In this document: in pieces, positions 1 to 10,830 of the stretch
Layout: each line of letters begins with the position of its first letter
How positions within the stretch are numbered: position 1 is the stretch's first letter
Origin: a bacterium
GTDB lineage: Bacteria; Patescibacteriota; Minisyncoccia; Phycocordibacterales; UBA5272
Assembly (NCBI GenBank): GCA_023267635.1
Contig: JAHFMX010000001.1
Coordinates: 3,800 to 67,799 of the forward strand
Reading direction: 5' to 3'
DNA: 64,000 bases
Program-made: the position numbers and the translations under genes
The notes under the pieces: model-generated
Databases searched by the model: none
Told to the model about the DNA's origin: nothing
Seen by the model: only the letters and a program-made list of their open reading frames with translations

Positions 1-834
1 TCCTATGATAATTGCCCAATGTAGAAAACGCTGTGAAGTAATAAACCTTGAAATATAGACCAAGAGTGCAACGCTTACAAAGAATACAACTTGAAGTGCT
101 GTAACAATTTCTGTATCAAGCGGGTGAGGGGTTAAGTACGGAGGAAGTGCTCTGTATGAAATGAAGGCCCCATAGAGAGCAATGAGGATTAGAAATCCAT
201 AGTCATAGAGTTTTAGTCTTAATGAAGAATACGCTGTTGTCATTACTAGCATAAGAGTCATACCGAAAAGGAAATAAGAAGCGTGACGCACAAGGAGTGT
301 TTTTGCTATGAAGGTGTTTTCTACATTCAAGAAATATGCAGCAATACTTACTATAAACCAAAGAGCTGTAAACCAACGTACATGTTTCCATGAAAAGAGG
401 TAGACGAATAATCCAATAGCGACATAGAAAATAAGTTCTATTACAAGAGACCAGTACGCGGCATCTACGAGCCGTGTGTACCCGAAGAGATTTCCCAGAT
501 TTTCACCAAGCATGGTCATACTAATAAGGTACTCAGGGAATTGCACTGGATTACCATTTGGTACAAGAAGCGTGAGAATATATGTGAGCGTACAAATAAT
601 CCAAAAGAGCGGGAAGAGACGAATGAATCGACCAAGAGCAAAAGCTTTTGTTGAAGCATTGGCTACTGATTGAGAAATAACAAACCCACTAATGATGAAG
701 AAAAGAGGGACTCCAAGATTTCCGTACCTATACCAAGAGAGTTCACCGGAGTAGCCTAAGAAGTAATGAAAACTCATTACCCAAAATGCTGCAAAAAACC
801 TAAGGATGTCTAGGAGAGGGAAATAGGATTTCAT
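1..834 (-). CDS. Acyltransferase family 3 (OafA-like) membrane protein, 3' end beyond window
   Basis: Read manually (not in ORF track): MKSYFPLLDILRFFAAFWVMSFHY...GNLGVPLFFIISGFVI...RFIRLFPLFW, the AT3 signature motifs. Confidence 0.85.
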   Translation of the reverse strand, partial: MKSYFPLLDILRFFAAFWVMSFHYFLGYSGELSWYRYGNLGVPLFFIISGFVISQSVANASTKAFALGRFIRLFPLFWIICTLTYILTLLVPNGNPVQFPEYLISMTMLGENLGNLFGYTRLVDAAYWSLVIELIFYVAIGLFVYLFSWKHVRWFTALWFIVSIAAYFLNVENTFIAKTLLVRHASYFLFGMTLMLVMTTAYSSLRLKLYDYGFLILIALYGAFISYRALPPYLTPHPLDTEIVTALQVVFFVSVALLVYISRFITSQRFLHWAIIIG

Positions 835-874
835 GAGTGTTCGTCTAAGTATACTGGTATGGTACAATAGTTCA

Positions 875-1639
875 ATGAAAGACGCTTTTAAAACAGTTTT
901 AGGTCTTAATGCTGTATCTTTATTAGTACTTCTAAACTCTGGATTACGTGCATTTTTGCTTGCATCAAAATCAGCTTTTACAGCTGCTCATGTTTACGAT
1001 TCCAAGAATCTATTGTCTATACCTGAAGTGAAACTTGAAACCATTCTTAATGGAATTGAACCGGTGGTCGCGCTTTCGGTTGCAAAAAATGAAAGCGGAA
1101 GAATGCCTTTAGACCAAGCGATTTCACTCTTGTCGGTTCTCGTAAAAGAGCAGCCAAAAGAAGTTCTTGAGATTGGTACATTTAACGGACATACTACCAG
1201 CCTTATGGCACAAAACTTAGAAAATGCCATTATTCACACAGTAGATTTGCCAGAAGATTTTTCGTCAGAAGTTGACACGCTGAAAGATATTCCGAAAGAT
1301 GATTTTCATCTCATAAGCAAAAGAGAAGTGGGGAAAGAATATAAGAATAAGAGGTTCTCACATCGCGTTGTGCAGCACTTCGGAGACTCTGCAGTGTGGG
1401 ACTTTAAGGAGGCAGGAAATCCAACGTTCTTTTTTATTGACGGATCTCATACATATGAGTATTGTAAAAGTGATACTGAAAAATGTCTGGAGTTATGTAA
1501 AGGTAAAGGTACTTTTTTATGGCATGATTGTGACTTTGGACACCCTGGAGTGGTAAAATTTTTAGCTGAGTTTCGTAAGGGTGGATATGATGTAATGAGA
1601 ATACAGGGCACTCCACTTGCTTACTTAAGTATTAAGTAA
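875..1639 (+). CDS. Class I SAM-dependent methyltransferase (Methyltransf_24-like)
   Basis: LEIGTFNG and FFIDGSHTYE motifs; start moved to ATG 875, 6 nt after TGGTACAAT. Confidence 0.8.
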   Translation: MKDAFKTVLGLNAVSLLVLLNSGLRAFLLASKSAFTAAHVYDSKNLLSIPEVKLETILNGIEPVVALSVAKNESGRMPLDQAISLLSVLVKEQPKEVLEIGTFNGHTTSLMAQNLENAIIHTVDLPEDFSSEVDTLKDIPKDDFHLISKREVGKEYKNKRFSHRVVQHFGDSAVWDFKEAGNPTFFFIDGSHTYEYCKSDTEKCLELCKGKGTFLWHDCDFGHPGVVKFLAEFRKGGYDVMRIQGTPLAYLSIK

Positions 1640-1878
1640 TAAAGTATCATCCCTATAAATTGTTAAATTCAAATCTACTGTACTTATATTGCAAAGAAAT
1701 GAAACATCAGATTGAAGTTGGGGGGTGCAAGGAGGGAAGTATCTTCAGTAATGTTTATTTGCCACGTATCGTGTAGCTGTTGAAGGTAGGAGCTGGCGCG
1801 TGACGCTTCAAGAAAAGCTTGGCACGAGTAGTTAATTGCATGTATTTAACTAGTATAGCGCATGTTACAATAGTCAGT

Positions 1879-2286
1879 ATGTATCGGAAATATGCTTTAA
1901 AACATGGTGCTAATTTTCTTCAATTTAGTAAATATTTTATTGTCGGAGGGGTAGCTTTTATTTTTGATTTCTCGGTACTTTTTGTTCTTACTGAATATTA
2001 CGCTGTCTCTTATTTAACATCCGCTGCGGTTGGGTTCATTGTTGGACTCAATGTTAATTACTTTCTTGCCAAGTATTTTGTTTTTAAAGAATCAAAAATT
2101 AAGAATCAAAAAAAAGAGTACATGCTTGTGGCAGCGGTAAGTTTCTTCGGGTTGGCACTTAATCAAGGACTTATTTGGGGTTTGACAGAATTACTTGGCG
2201 TGTACTATCTTTTTTCTAAAATAATTTCAACAGTAATTATTTTTGTTTATAATTTTATAGTCCGTAAGATTTATATTTTCACATAA
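1879..2286 (+). CDS. GtrA family membrane protein
   Basis: QFSKYFIVGG...NYFLAKYFVFK...YNFIVRKIYIF, 4 TM segments. Confidence 0.85.
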   Translation: MYRKYALKHGANFLQFSKYFIVGGVAFIFDFSVLFVLTEYYAVSYLTSAAVGFIVGLNVNYFLAKYFVFKESKIKNQKKEYMLVAAVSFFGLALNQGLIWGLTELLGVYYLFSKIISTVIIFVYNFIVRKIYIFT

Positions 2287-2299
2287 TTAAAACATTCCT

Positions 2300-3415
2300 A
2301 TGAGTATCTCTATCAAGAACTTAATCCTACCTCTCATTATTGGATGCGTCGCTTTAACTTTTGTTTTCTCTCAGAATGGTTTTCTTAATGTTCAGACTGA
2401 TACACCTGTATACACTGATCAAATACGGTATTTTGACGGAGAGATTCAGCCAACTGAAAATACAAAACTTCGATCTTTTAAACCGTTTTACGGCATCGTC
2501 GGGTCATTTTTAACACCATTTTTAAGTCCAAGTGAGGCTATTTTAGCTATTAATATAATTTTTTATTTTGGTCTCATTATTTCTACATTCTTTTTTCTTA
2601 AGTTGCTTGGATTTAGTGAATTCTACTCATCGATTGGCGCTTCGTGGGTTGCCACTGGGTATCCTGTTTTAAAATACGGACTAGCGTTACTTACTGATAT
2701 TTCTGGATGGTTTTTTGCAGGTGCTTCTTTGGTAATTTTTCTACTGGCTATTAAACAAGAAAAAATAAAATTATTTATCTTGGCATCAGTGGTAGCCTTT
2801 GTAGGCTCTTTGTGTAAAGAAACAGGAATACTGGGCTTACTTTTTGCGGGGATGTATTTAACAACCCTATTTCTTTTTGAAAGGAAAGTATTGTACATTA
2901 AGCAGCTTTGTGCCGTCGCCATTCCGTTTATTATATTGCAGGGTCTACTTATATACATACTATTTACTACGCAAGCAAATGGAGTATCTTTTTTTGATTG
3001 GTTTTTGTTTAATAAAAATGGGGTAGGGTACGGGCTCCACACTTTGTATTATTTCTCCTTTACAGAAATGGCAACTTTCAGTGTGTTGTGGGTATACGGA
3101 CTGTATTCAGTATATGTTGTTGGTAAAAATCTTAGTTCTTTTCCAAAAAAGAAAGTTATCACTGGAGTTTGTCTTTTCTTAGCCGTCCTTCCTCCTCTGA
3201 TTTGGCCAGTTTTTCTAACACGAGTATTATATATTGGCTATTTATTCATAATTCCTGCAGCACTCCTAGGCCTCTCTTTTTGGGAAGAAAATAATAAAGA
3301 AAAGAAAGTTTTATATAAAACTTTCTTAGTTCTTCCTATTATTGTTTCAGTCTCACTACTTCTTGTCGCTAATGGAGGATCTTTATTTTCTTTAATTAAC
3401 CAAAACGGTTATTAA
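2300..3415 (+). CDS. Multi-pass membrane protein, probable GT-C type glycosyltransferase
   Basis: About 10 hydrophobic segments, LLTD and KET motifs, next to GtrA. Confidence 0.5.
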   Translation: MSISIKNLILPLIIGCVALTFVFSQNGFLNVQTDTPVYTDQIRYFDGEIQPTENTKLRSFKPFYGIVGSFLTPFLSPSEAILAINIIFYFGLIISTFFFLKLLGFSEFYSSIGASWVATGYPVLKYGLALLTDISGWFFAGASLVIFLLAIKQEKIKLFILASVVAFVGSLCKETGILGLLFAGMYLTTLFLFERKVLYIKQLCAVAIPFIILQGLLIYILFTTQANGVSFFDWFLFNKNGVGYGLHTLYYFSFTEMATFSVLWVYGLYSVYVVGKNLSSFPKKKVITGVCLFLAVLPPLIWPVFLTRVLYIGYLFIIPAALLGLSFWEENNKEKKVLYKTFLVLPIIVSVSLLLVANGGSLFSLINQNGY

Positions 3416-4842
3416 TAACTTACCGCCTTTATTTTGTATTCGTAGACCGAATTTTTACCACCTTCTTTCAGAAACTCCTCCGCGAGAGCAAAACCTGATT
3501 CTATAGAGTTGTCAGAATTATTGTATTTAAACATTCCTGTTCTTCCTAATAAAGCTGTATTGTTATGCTCTAAGTGGTTAACTATAATATCCAATTTTCG
3601 TTTGTAATCAAGATCATAAAAAGGATATGCGTATTTTACGCGAACCACTAGAGAGGATTCCACGTCGCTGCGCTCTAGATAGTTAACCTTAATTGAGTCA
3701 GATATTGTTTTTTCTACCAGCTCAGCATCTGTCATTTGCCATTCTTTTGTATCTTGGAACGCCGTTATGTCAAAGCATACAGATGTTTTACCCTCTGGAC
3801 ACATAAGAGGTGACCAATTGCTAAATTCAACCGCGCGGTTGTAGATAATATCTTTGTCAGGAAAGTAAAGCCAATGATCATTTGAAAGCTGGGGTTTGTT
3901 AATGAAAAGGTAGACAAAAATAATGTCCATATATTTTATTTCACTAAGAGATTTTTCAACTTCTAAATTTTTTCTTTCTTGAAGATTATAGTATGTCTGA
4001 AGAGGGATAGTTGAAACTAGACCTCCATAGGTTACAGTTTGTTCTTGCCCATTAAGACTGTATGTAACAATCTTATTTTCTGTGTTTACAGATAATACGT
4101 TTGCCTCTATTTCTATCTTGGCTCCATTGTTAGTTGCCGCCCGCGCTAGTGCGTCACACATTTCTTGAATACCGCGCATGGGGTAGTAAAACGGCCCACC
4201 GTCTGGTGCCAAGCTGTCATCTTTAAGATTGTAGCTTGAGAAATCAAGAGTAAGAATTTTTTTAATAACTCGTTTAATAAGCTTCCTCATATTTTCTCCT
4301 TGGAAGCGTTGGTCTGCCCAGTCGGCTGAAAGATTTTTTGGATCTGTACGCCAAATTTTAGATGTGTATGGATAACACATAACATTGTATAGTTGTTTTC
4401 CGTAGAGATGAATGAACCATTCTTTATACGACTGAAGCTTGTTGGTTTTTCGATATCGTTTCGCTACTTGATTCCAGAGAAACGAAAATCCACTTGCAAT
4501 GCTTTGGTGAAGCGGCATTGCTGCCAAAAGTTGTTGGATTTCAAAAGGATATTTGAGGTATCGATTAAACATATAGATACGACTCTTTTTGATGTGTTTC
4601 TTCATCTCAAGACCAGGGAGGTTCATTACTTCATTGAGAAGTTCTTTGTTATTTGTGTGAAATCTGTGTGCGCAATAATCTAGATAAAAACCATTATGTT
4701 CAATTGATCGAGAAAGTCCACCAATAAAATCTTCCTTTTCGAGGATGAGTACTGATTTTCCGTGGTCAGTAATTCTTTTGGCAAAACCTAGTCCAGAAAC
4801 TCCTCCGCCTAATACCACGTAATCATAATGTTTTATTTCCAT
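3412..4842 (-). CDS. FAD-dependent oxidoreductase (UDP-galactopyranose mutase / HemY-like family found in glycan clusters)
   Basis: GGGVSGL, LEKEDFIGGLSRS, AYPFYD, LGRTGMFKYNNSD. Confidence 0.75.
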   Translation of the reverse strand: MEIKHYDYVVLGGGVSGLGFAKRITDHGKSVLILEKEDFIGGLSRSIEHNGFYLDYCAHRFHTNNKELLNEVMNLPGLEMKKHIKKSRIYMFNRYLKYPFEIQQLLAAMPLHQSIASGFSFLWNQVAKRYRKTNKLQSYKEWFIHLYGKQLYNVMCYPYTSKIWRTDPKNLSADWADQRFQGENMRKLIKRVIKKILTLDFSSYNLKDDSLAPDGGPFYYPMRGIQEMCDALARAATNNGAKIEIEANVLSVNTENKIVTYSLNGQEQTVTYGGLVSTIPLQTYYNLQERKNLEVEKSLSEIKYMDIIFVYLFINKPQLSNDHWLYFPDKDIIYNRAVEFSNWSPLMCPEGKTSVCFDITAFQDTKEWQMTDAELVEKTISDSIKVNYLERSDVESSLVVRVKYAYPFYDLDYKRKLDIIVNHLEHNNTALLGRTGMFKYNNSDNSIESGFALAEEFLKEGGKNSVYEYKIKAVSY

Positions 4843-4845
4843 AAT

Positions 4846-5757
4846 TTAGAGTTCGTTTTTAAATTCCTGACTATATTCTGATAAGCACACCTTCCAGTTG
4901 CGCATATGGTTAATACCACGAAGTGTGAGTTTTGTGTTGAGTAATTTTTCAGAAGCTGGTCGTGGGGCAAAGTATTCATTTTTGAAGTAATCAGAGTTCA
5001 CTCGGGTAACTTTAATGGAATCTGATAATCCTAGTAATGAAATAAATTCTACAGCAACATCATAACGACTGCAGCTTCCTTCACATACCTGATTGTATAA
5101 ACCATAGTATCCACTATCTATAACCTTTAAAATGGAGTCCGCAAAGTCTACAGTGTAGGTGGGGGTGCCTAGTTTATCGTCCACCACAAAAAGCTCTTTT
5201 GAGCCAGATTTAATCTGTTTATAAATTTTGTTTATAAATTTTTTATCTTTTTCTTTTCCTCCGCCCATCATCCAACCTGCGCGGAAAATATAGTAATCAC
5301 TAAGATATTTTTCTATGAACTGTTCACCGTAATATTTTGATTTTGCATAGTAACTTAGCGGATTAGGGGTATCAAAATCTGTATACTCATCTTTTTCTCC
5401 ACCAAATATACCTGCTGTAGAGATGTACACAAGAAGTGCATTATGTTTCTTTGAAAGGACTGCCGCATTTTCTGCCCCAAGAGCATTTGTGGCCCAAGCA
5501 TTTTCTATGTTTTTTTCGCAATATTCAAGATCTGTGAGGGCAGCTAAGTGAAAAACTATAGTTGGTTTCCATTCAATAAAAACCTGCTCGTATTCTTGTA
5601 TGCTTCTTACATCAAGCTTGCTAAGCCAAGGTTCATTAAGATCAATATCAGTTGCACGCACATTCTCTAACCCATATTTTTCAATGGATTTTTGATAAAA
5701 AGCTTTTCCCAGCATCCCGCCGCAACCAGCGATAAGGACGCGATTATGAGGAGTCAT
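4846..5757 (-). CDS. rfbD: dTDP-4-dehydrorhamnose reductase family SDR
   Basis: GCGGMLG, HLAALTD, YAKSK, GTPTY, APRP. Confidence 0.75.
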   Translation of the reverse strand: MTPHNRVLIAGCGGMLGKAFYQKSIEKYGLENVRATDIDLNEPWLSKLDVRSIQEYEQVFIEWKPTIVFHLAALTDLEYCEKNIENAWATNALGAENAAVLSKKHNALLVYISTAGIFGGEKDEYTDFDTPNPLSYYAKSKYYGEQFIEKYLSDYYIFRAGWMMGGGKEKDKKFINKIYKQIKSGSKELFVVDDKLGTPTYTVDFADSILKVIDSGYYGLYNQVCEGSCSRYDVAVEFISLLGLSDSIKVTRVNSDYFKNEYFAPRPASEKLLNTKLTLRGINHMRNWKVCLSEYSQEFKNEL

Positions 5758-5857
5758 GGTGGAAAGTATAGCATAGCCAGCAAGGTTTTATATAAATATT
5801 CCCATCAGTAATGACACAGTCCAATATTAATTTGTGCATGGTACACTGTGTTACATA

Positions 5858-6952
5858 ATGAAGGATAAAAAAGTGCATTTTTTCAAAGAATTCGTATTTT
5901 TTTCTGCTGGTCCAGTTGGCGATCATGCCCTAATCGTAGATTATGCTAATCGTTTTTTTGAGTCTACAAAAAAAGCTTCAGTTATTTTAATGAAGCACCC
6001 CAGCGCTTTTCTTCAGGATATGGCAATTCCATATTTTGATCACATTTCTTATATTGGTTTCTCAGGTTTATTGGGAAAATTGAAAATGATTTCTTTTGCA
6101 GTTTCTAGTATATGGATTCCAAGATGCTATGTGCTAGTGCTCCCGATACCGCCTCCCACTTACTTAAAAGTATTTTCATTTTTTATACGGTTTTTTACAC
6201 GAAGCAGAATGGTAGCCCTTGATTCCTTGTGTGGGTTTTCTATTCCAGGTGGGCCAGTTCCTTCAGGTCAGTTTGTTGGCAAAGGAAATTATATTCCAGC
6301 GAACGTCTCCACAGAACTTTATTATGAGGGGGCGAATCGTATGCTTGTATTCTTGGGCTATGAACCTGTTGCGCAAGTTCCTAGACTGAATTACATAGAT
6401 ACTCCCGAAGTACTTTCACAGTTTAATCTAAAGGATAAAAAGTATATAGCGATGCATGTGCGCGCATCTGGTTTTGATAGATCACTTCCAGCAGACAGAT
6501 GGAATAAGATTATTAAGGAAGTATGCGAAAAGCTTCCTGAGGTGGTATTAGTTTTTACGGGAATAAAAGAAGATATTCCCTTTATCCAAGAATCACTGGA
6601 AGGGGTTCCTCAGGAAAGAATGAGACTTATCATTGGAGTGACTATGCAGAAACTTCTTACAGTGTACGCTCACGCCAAATTAAACATTACCGTCCATACA
6701 GGCAATGCTCACCTTATTAATATGCTTCATGTTCCGACAGTTACAGTTAATTTCAAAGGTGTCCACATGTTCAGATTTAGTTATAACGAGAAAGGAGTGG
6801 AATTGTTCTCTCCAGACGGGTGTATGTGTCACCCCCTTGAGCGGAAATGTTCTCTAGTTGAATATAAGGGTCAGGGATATATGGCATGTCTGTTTAACAT
6901 TAAAGATGAAGATGTAATTAAGGCAGTTATTCAAAAATATAATGAAAAATAA
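5858..6952 (+). CDS. Glycosyltransferase family 9 (heptosyltransferase-like)
   Basis: PVGDHAL, RSLPADRW, HTGNAHL (DTG-x-x-H-like); start moved to MKDKK. Confidence 0.7.
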   Translation: MKDKKVHFFKEFVFFSAGPVGDHALIVDYANRFFESTKKASVILMKHPSAFLQDMAIPYFDHISYIGFSGLLGKLKMISFAVSSIWIPRCYVLVLPIPPPTYLKVFSFFIRFFTRSRMVALDSLCGFSIPGGPVPSGQFVGKGNYIPANVSTELYYEGANRMLVFLGYEPVAQVPRLNYIDTPEVLSQFNLKDKKYIAMHVRASGFDRSLPADRWNKIIKEVCEKLPEVVLVFTGIKEDIPFIQESLEGVPQERMRLIIGVTMQKLLTVYAHAKLNITVHTGNAHLINMLHVPTVTVNFKGVHMFRFSYNEKGVELFSPDGCMCHPLERKCSLVEYKGQGYMACLFNIKDEDVIKAVIQKYNEK

Positions 6953-8189
6953 AATAAACAACGGAATAACGTGGCTTGGAGAAAAATTTGAATTTGATTC
7001 TCATTATTTTGTAAAGAACTCACTCTGGCTTTTAATGGGACAGGTGATGATGTCTCTTGCTGCGTTGCTTGCCACAGTTTTTTTGGCAAACTTTGTTTCA
7101 CAACAGAACTTAGGAGATTACCGTATGATTATTGCTATTTACGTAACTTTGACATTCTTTGCTCTTCCCGGTGTTGGACTAGCCCTTATGCGCTCTATAG
7201 CAAATGGTAATGATGGAGCGATGAAAGAAGCAATTAAAATAAAAACAAAGTTTTCAATCCTATCAATTGTTATTGGAATGTTACTCGCTCTCTATTTTGG
7301 TATTTATAGAGAAAATATTTATTTCGGTTTAAGTATATTAATTGCAACGCTATGTTTACCGTTTATAGAAAATTTTTCTCTATATACCTCCTTTCTCCTT
7401 GGAAAACATGATTTTAAATACAGTTCTTTTAATGCAGGTCTTGTTAAATTGTTTTCTGCTATATCAGTAATATTTGCTTCTTATTTTTACCCAACGGTTG
7501 TTATTTTAGTTGCCGCCTTTTATCTATCTCAGGTGATTGTAACTTTTTTGCAATATAAAATTTTACTTAAAAAATTCCCTATACAAAACAATAAAAAAGA
7601 TGAAGAAATGCTTCCTTATGCCAAGCACATAACGTATGCAGGGATTTTTAGTATGCTTTTTGGACAGGCGGATAAATTTATTCTGTATCATTTTTTTGGT
7701 CCTGTTGTTCTTGCTAAGTTTTGGATAGCGTCAACTATTCCACAAGAGATCAGTAGAGTGATTGGGACTGTCTCAAAAGTGGTTTTTCCTAAATTTGTTA
7801 AGATGGAACATAATCATACAACCAAAAAAATATTATTTAAAAAATTTTGGTTACTAACTATTTTTCTTATTTTATTGTCGTTAATGTATTCTTTAATCGC
7901 TTATCCATTTTTTGATCTCTTTTTTCCTCAATATATAGACGAAGTTCCAAAGTCAATGGTACTTATGTTTGCTTTTGCCGTCACCCCAAGTATGCTTGTT
8001 TGGCACTATTACACAGCAAAAAATAATATTAAAGTTATATACATCAATAGTATGGTTGACCCTGTACTTCAAGTGACTTTATATATTATTTTAATTCCAT
8101 TCTTAGGTGTTTGGGGTTTGGTATATGGTATTTTTATAAAAACAGTAATAATGAACGTATTAGCTTGGCACGTGTTCAGTAAGTACTAA
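6942..8189 (+). CDS. Oligosaccharide flippase (Wzx family)
   Basis: KNSLWL..GQ N-terminus, about 12 TM segments, QADKFIL. Confidence 0.8.
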   Translation: MKNKINNGITWLGEKFEFDSHYFVKNSLWLLMGQVMMSLAALLATVFLANFVSQQNLGDYRMIIAIYVTLTFFALPGVGLALMRSIANGNDGAMKEAIKIKTKFSILSIVIGMLLALYFGIYRENIYFGLSILIATLCLPFIENFSLYTSFLLGKHDFKYSSFNAGLVKLFSAISVIFASYFYPTVVILVAAFYLSQVIVTFLQYKILLKKFPIQNNKKDEEMLPYAKHITYAGIFSMLFGQADKFILYHFFGPVVLAKFWIASTIPQEISRVIGTVSKVVFPKFVKMEHNHTTKKILFKKFWLLTIFLILLSLMYSLIAYPFFDLFFPQYIDEVPKSMVLMFAFAVTPSMLVWHYYTAKNNIKVIYINSMVDPVLQVTLYIILIPFLGVWGLVYGIFIKTVIMNVLAWHVFSKY

Positions 8190-8191
8190 TT

Positions 8192-9298
8192 TTATTTTTG
8201 TTTTTTAGAATCTAAAAAATTTATAACTATTTTTTTTATTTTTTGTGAGGCTTTACCGTCTCCATAAGGGGATACACCTTTAGCTACTGACTTGTAGTAC
8301 TCTTTATTGTCTAGTAATTTATATATTTCCTTTTTTATTTTATTTTTATTATGTCCAACTATTTTTGCGACTCCGCAAGACACAGCCTCTGGTCTTTCCG
8401 TGTTTTCTCTTAAAATCAACACAGGCTTTCCTAACGCTGGTGCTTCTTCCTGTACTCCACCACTGTCAGTAAGTATGATATAGCTATCCTTCATTGCCTT
8501 TACAAAATCAAGATAGTCTAGCGGTTCTATTAATTTTATGTTTTCTACATTAGATAATTTCTCTTTTGCTAAATTTTTTACGTTAGGATTTGGGTGAACA
8601 GGATAAATAAAGTTTACGTCTTTTCTCTCCTTTGCGATTTCTAAGATGGTATCAAATATTTCCTCTATTGATTTACCGAAATTCTCCCTTCTATGACATG
8701 TTAGTAGTATATTTTTTGTGAGGCCGCTAGGTTTATTTTTTATAGTTTTTGATAATATAAGTAAACTATCTATAACAGTATTTCCTGTGATAAATGTATT
8801 TTTCTTTATGTTTTCTTTTCCTAGATTATCTTTTGATAATTTTGTAGGGCAAAAGTGTAAAGTGGCAAGACCAGACACCAGTAGTCTGTTCATTTCTTCA
8901 GGAAAAGGGTCATAGATGTCATTCGTTCTAAGCCCTGCCTCCACATGCCCTATGGGAATTTTTAAGTAAAAGGCCGCAAGAGAGGAGGCTAGTACTGTAC
9001 TAGTATCACCTTGTACCAACAATAAATCTGGTCTTATTTCACTCAGCTCTTTATACGTTTTAGTTAAAACATTATTTTGAATATCCACTAATGATTGGTT
9101 TTCTTTCATTATATCCAATTCAATGTCTGGTTTTATTTTAAAAAGTTTGAAGATAGGTTTTAATAGTTCCTTGTGTTGCCCAGTAGAAATTGTAATTAAC
9201 TGTATATTTTTATCTTTTTTAAATAAAGATATTATGGGTGCCATTTTTATCGCCTCAGGTCTGGTTCCAATTATTGCAACTATTTTATATTTACCCAT
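8192..9298 (-). CDS. wecB: UDP-N-acetylglucosamine 2-epimerase (non-hydrolysing)
   Basis: GTRPEAIKMAP, HVEAGLRT, HRREN, TDSGGVQEEAP, PYGDG. Confidence 0.95.
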   Translation of the reverse strand: MGKYKIVAIIGTRPEAIKMAPIISLFKKDKNIQLITISTGQHKELLKPIFKLFKIKPDIELDIMKENQSLVDIQNNVLTKTYKELSEIRPDLLLVQGDTSTVLASSLAAFYLKIPIGHVEAGLRTNDIYDPFPEEMNRLLVSGLATLHFCPTKLSKDNLGKENIKKNTFITGNTVIDSLLILSKTIKNKPSGLTKNILLTCHRRENFGKSIEEIFDTILEIAKERKDVNFIYPVHPNPNVKNLAKEKLSNVENIKLIEPLDYLDFVKAMKDSYIILTDSGGVQEEAPALGKPVLILRENTERPEAVSCGVAKIVGHNKNKIKKEIYKLLDNKEYYKSVAKGVSPYGDGKASQKIKKIVINFLDSKKQK

Positions 9299-9300
9299 AT

Positions 9301-10056
9301 TTATTTTAATTTATTGTGATACTTTATTTTGTACAAAACTTTATTATATAGTTTTTTCCAATCAAACAAAACGTAGTAGGCGGCTTTTAAAAGCATAAGA
9401 AAGTATCTTTTTGGTTTATATTTTAAAGGTTCCCATGTTGCATTAAAATGATGCCTTGTGTAACACCCTTCGGGTATTTTATATCCATATACGGTGGCGT
9501 TTGCGCAAAATACATTATCTGGATATACGTGTAGGTCTTCTTTTCCTATTTGGTATAGATTATTTCTTTTTATACCGTATTTATTGCACATAATATCCGA
9601 AATGGGGTGTACATTTGCAGTGTAGTCTATTACACCATCTTTTATAAAATGTTTAGTGTCGTACCATTTAAGTAGATCATTAATCCAAGGGTGATTTTTA
9701 GTTGCTCCCATTATAGCTGTTATGGGAAACATTGGGCTCTCAAATCCCGTAAAAGCAGAATGCTCTAAAAAAATATCGATAGGTTTATATATCTCCAAAT
9801 CAGAATCAACATAAACACCCCCATATTCTTTTAATGCGTATAGGCGAATGTAATCAGAAACAAACGCCCATTTTTTTAAACTATATGCCTCTTTTACATA
9901 TTGGTGAGATTCTATATCAAAATTTTCTTCATTCCATTCAATTATTTTATAATCAGGGCAGTATTTTTTCCAACTATCAATACACCTTAAAACTAGAGCT
10001 GGTTTTGGATTTTTTCCAACCCAGACAAAGTGTAAAATTTTTGGTATTTGTTGCAT
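9301..10056 (-). CDS. GT32 / DXD glycosyltransferase
   Basis: IPKILHFVW, AFVSDYIRL, GGVYVDSD. Confidence 0.9.
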   Translation of the reverse strand: MQQIPKILHFVWVGKNPKPALVLRCIDSWKKYCPDYKIIEWNEENFDIESHQYVKEAYSLKKWAFVSDYIRLYALKEYGGVYVDSDLEIYKPIDIFLEHSAFTGFESPMFPITAIMGATKNHPWINDLLKWYDTKHFIKDGVIDYTANVHPISDIMCNKYGIKRNNLYQIGKEDLHVYPDNVFCANATVYGYKIPEGCYTRHHFNATWEPLKYKPKRYFLMLLKAAYYVLFDWKKLYNKVLYKIKYHNKLK

Positions 10057-10060
10057 ATTA

Positions 10061-10825
10061 TTAGTAGAGTATACGCAAGATACGGATAAATACATAGAGA
10101 AGGAACGTTGGATGGTAAGCGATACCGAGACGCACGCCTTCATAGAATAAAATGGAAAGTGTTTCAAACTTTTCTCCACGGGTTCGCTTTCTGAAGTTTA
10201 ATCCGTTACGTGCATCGTATCCGTCAGTGAGTGTGCTGTTGTGATTGTGGTAGAACATTTTCTCCGTGAGTCCTAATTGATAGAAGAAGAGCCACTCTTC
10301 TCCTTGCTTCACATGTATAGGAAAACGAATAAGATGAATAGCTGAAGTATTAATGGTATGAGTTACGTCACCCTTACATCTTTTCAAGAGAAGGTAGTCT
10401 CGTATGTATGAATATGAAGTATCAGACTTTTTGATCTGAGTGAGAGATGTACCGTCTTTGTCAGCTCGATTAGTGATAAACCAGCTTTTGTGAGGGTGAG
10501 ACAATATAAGTTCATGCAGAGAGGAAAGAGTGTCGGATGCAAAGTAATCATCATCGTCTAAAAAGATAATCCAGTTAGATTCTGATGAGACCTTATCAAG
10601 GGCTGTGTTACGTGTAAAATTTACACCGCTGTTGGTTCGGTTGGTGTGGTAGTGGATTCTAGAATCATTAATTGATGAAGCAAACGTTCTATACGTTTCG
10701 TCGGTTGGTGAATCATTAACGATAATCATTTCCCAATCTTGATATGTTTGTGCAAGCACTGATTGCACAGCTCGAACAAGCAAATCCTTCCGTTTATATG
10801 TTGGGGTTATGATACTGAATCGCAT
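10061..10825 (-). CDS. GT2 family glycosyltransferase
   Basis: SIITPTYKR, IVND, FLDDDD. Confidence 0.9.
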   Translation of the reverse strand: MRFSIITPTYKRKDLLVRAVQSVLAQTYQDWEMIIVNDSPTDETYRTFASSINDSRIHYHTNRTNSGVNFTRNTALDKVSSESNWIIFLDDDDYFASDTLSSLHELILSHPHKSWFITNRADKDGTSLTQIKKSDTSYSYIRDYLLLKRCKGDVTHTINTSAIHLIRFPIHVKQGEEWLFFYQLGLTEKMFYHNHNSTLTDGYDARNGLNFRKRTRGEKFETLSILFYEGVRLGIAYHPTFLLYVFIRILRILY

Positions 10826-10830
10826 AGAGA

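Noticed and set aside
1640-1820. Possible degraded IS/REP remnant or RNA in the intergenic gap
   Set aside because: No clean inverted repeats or recognisable ORF
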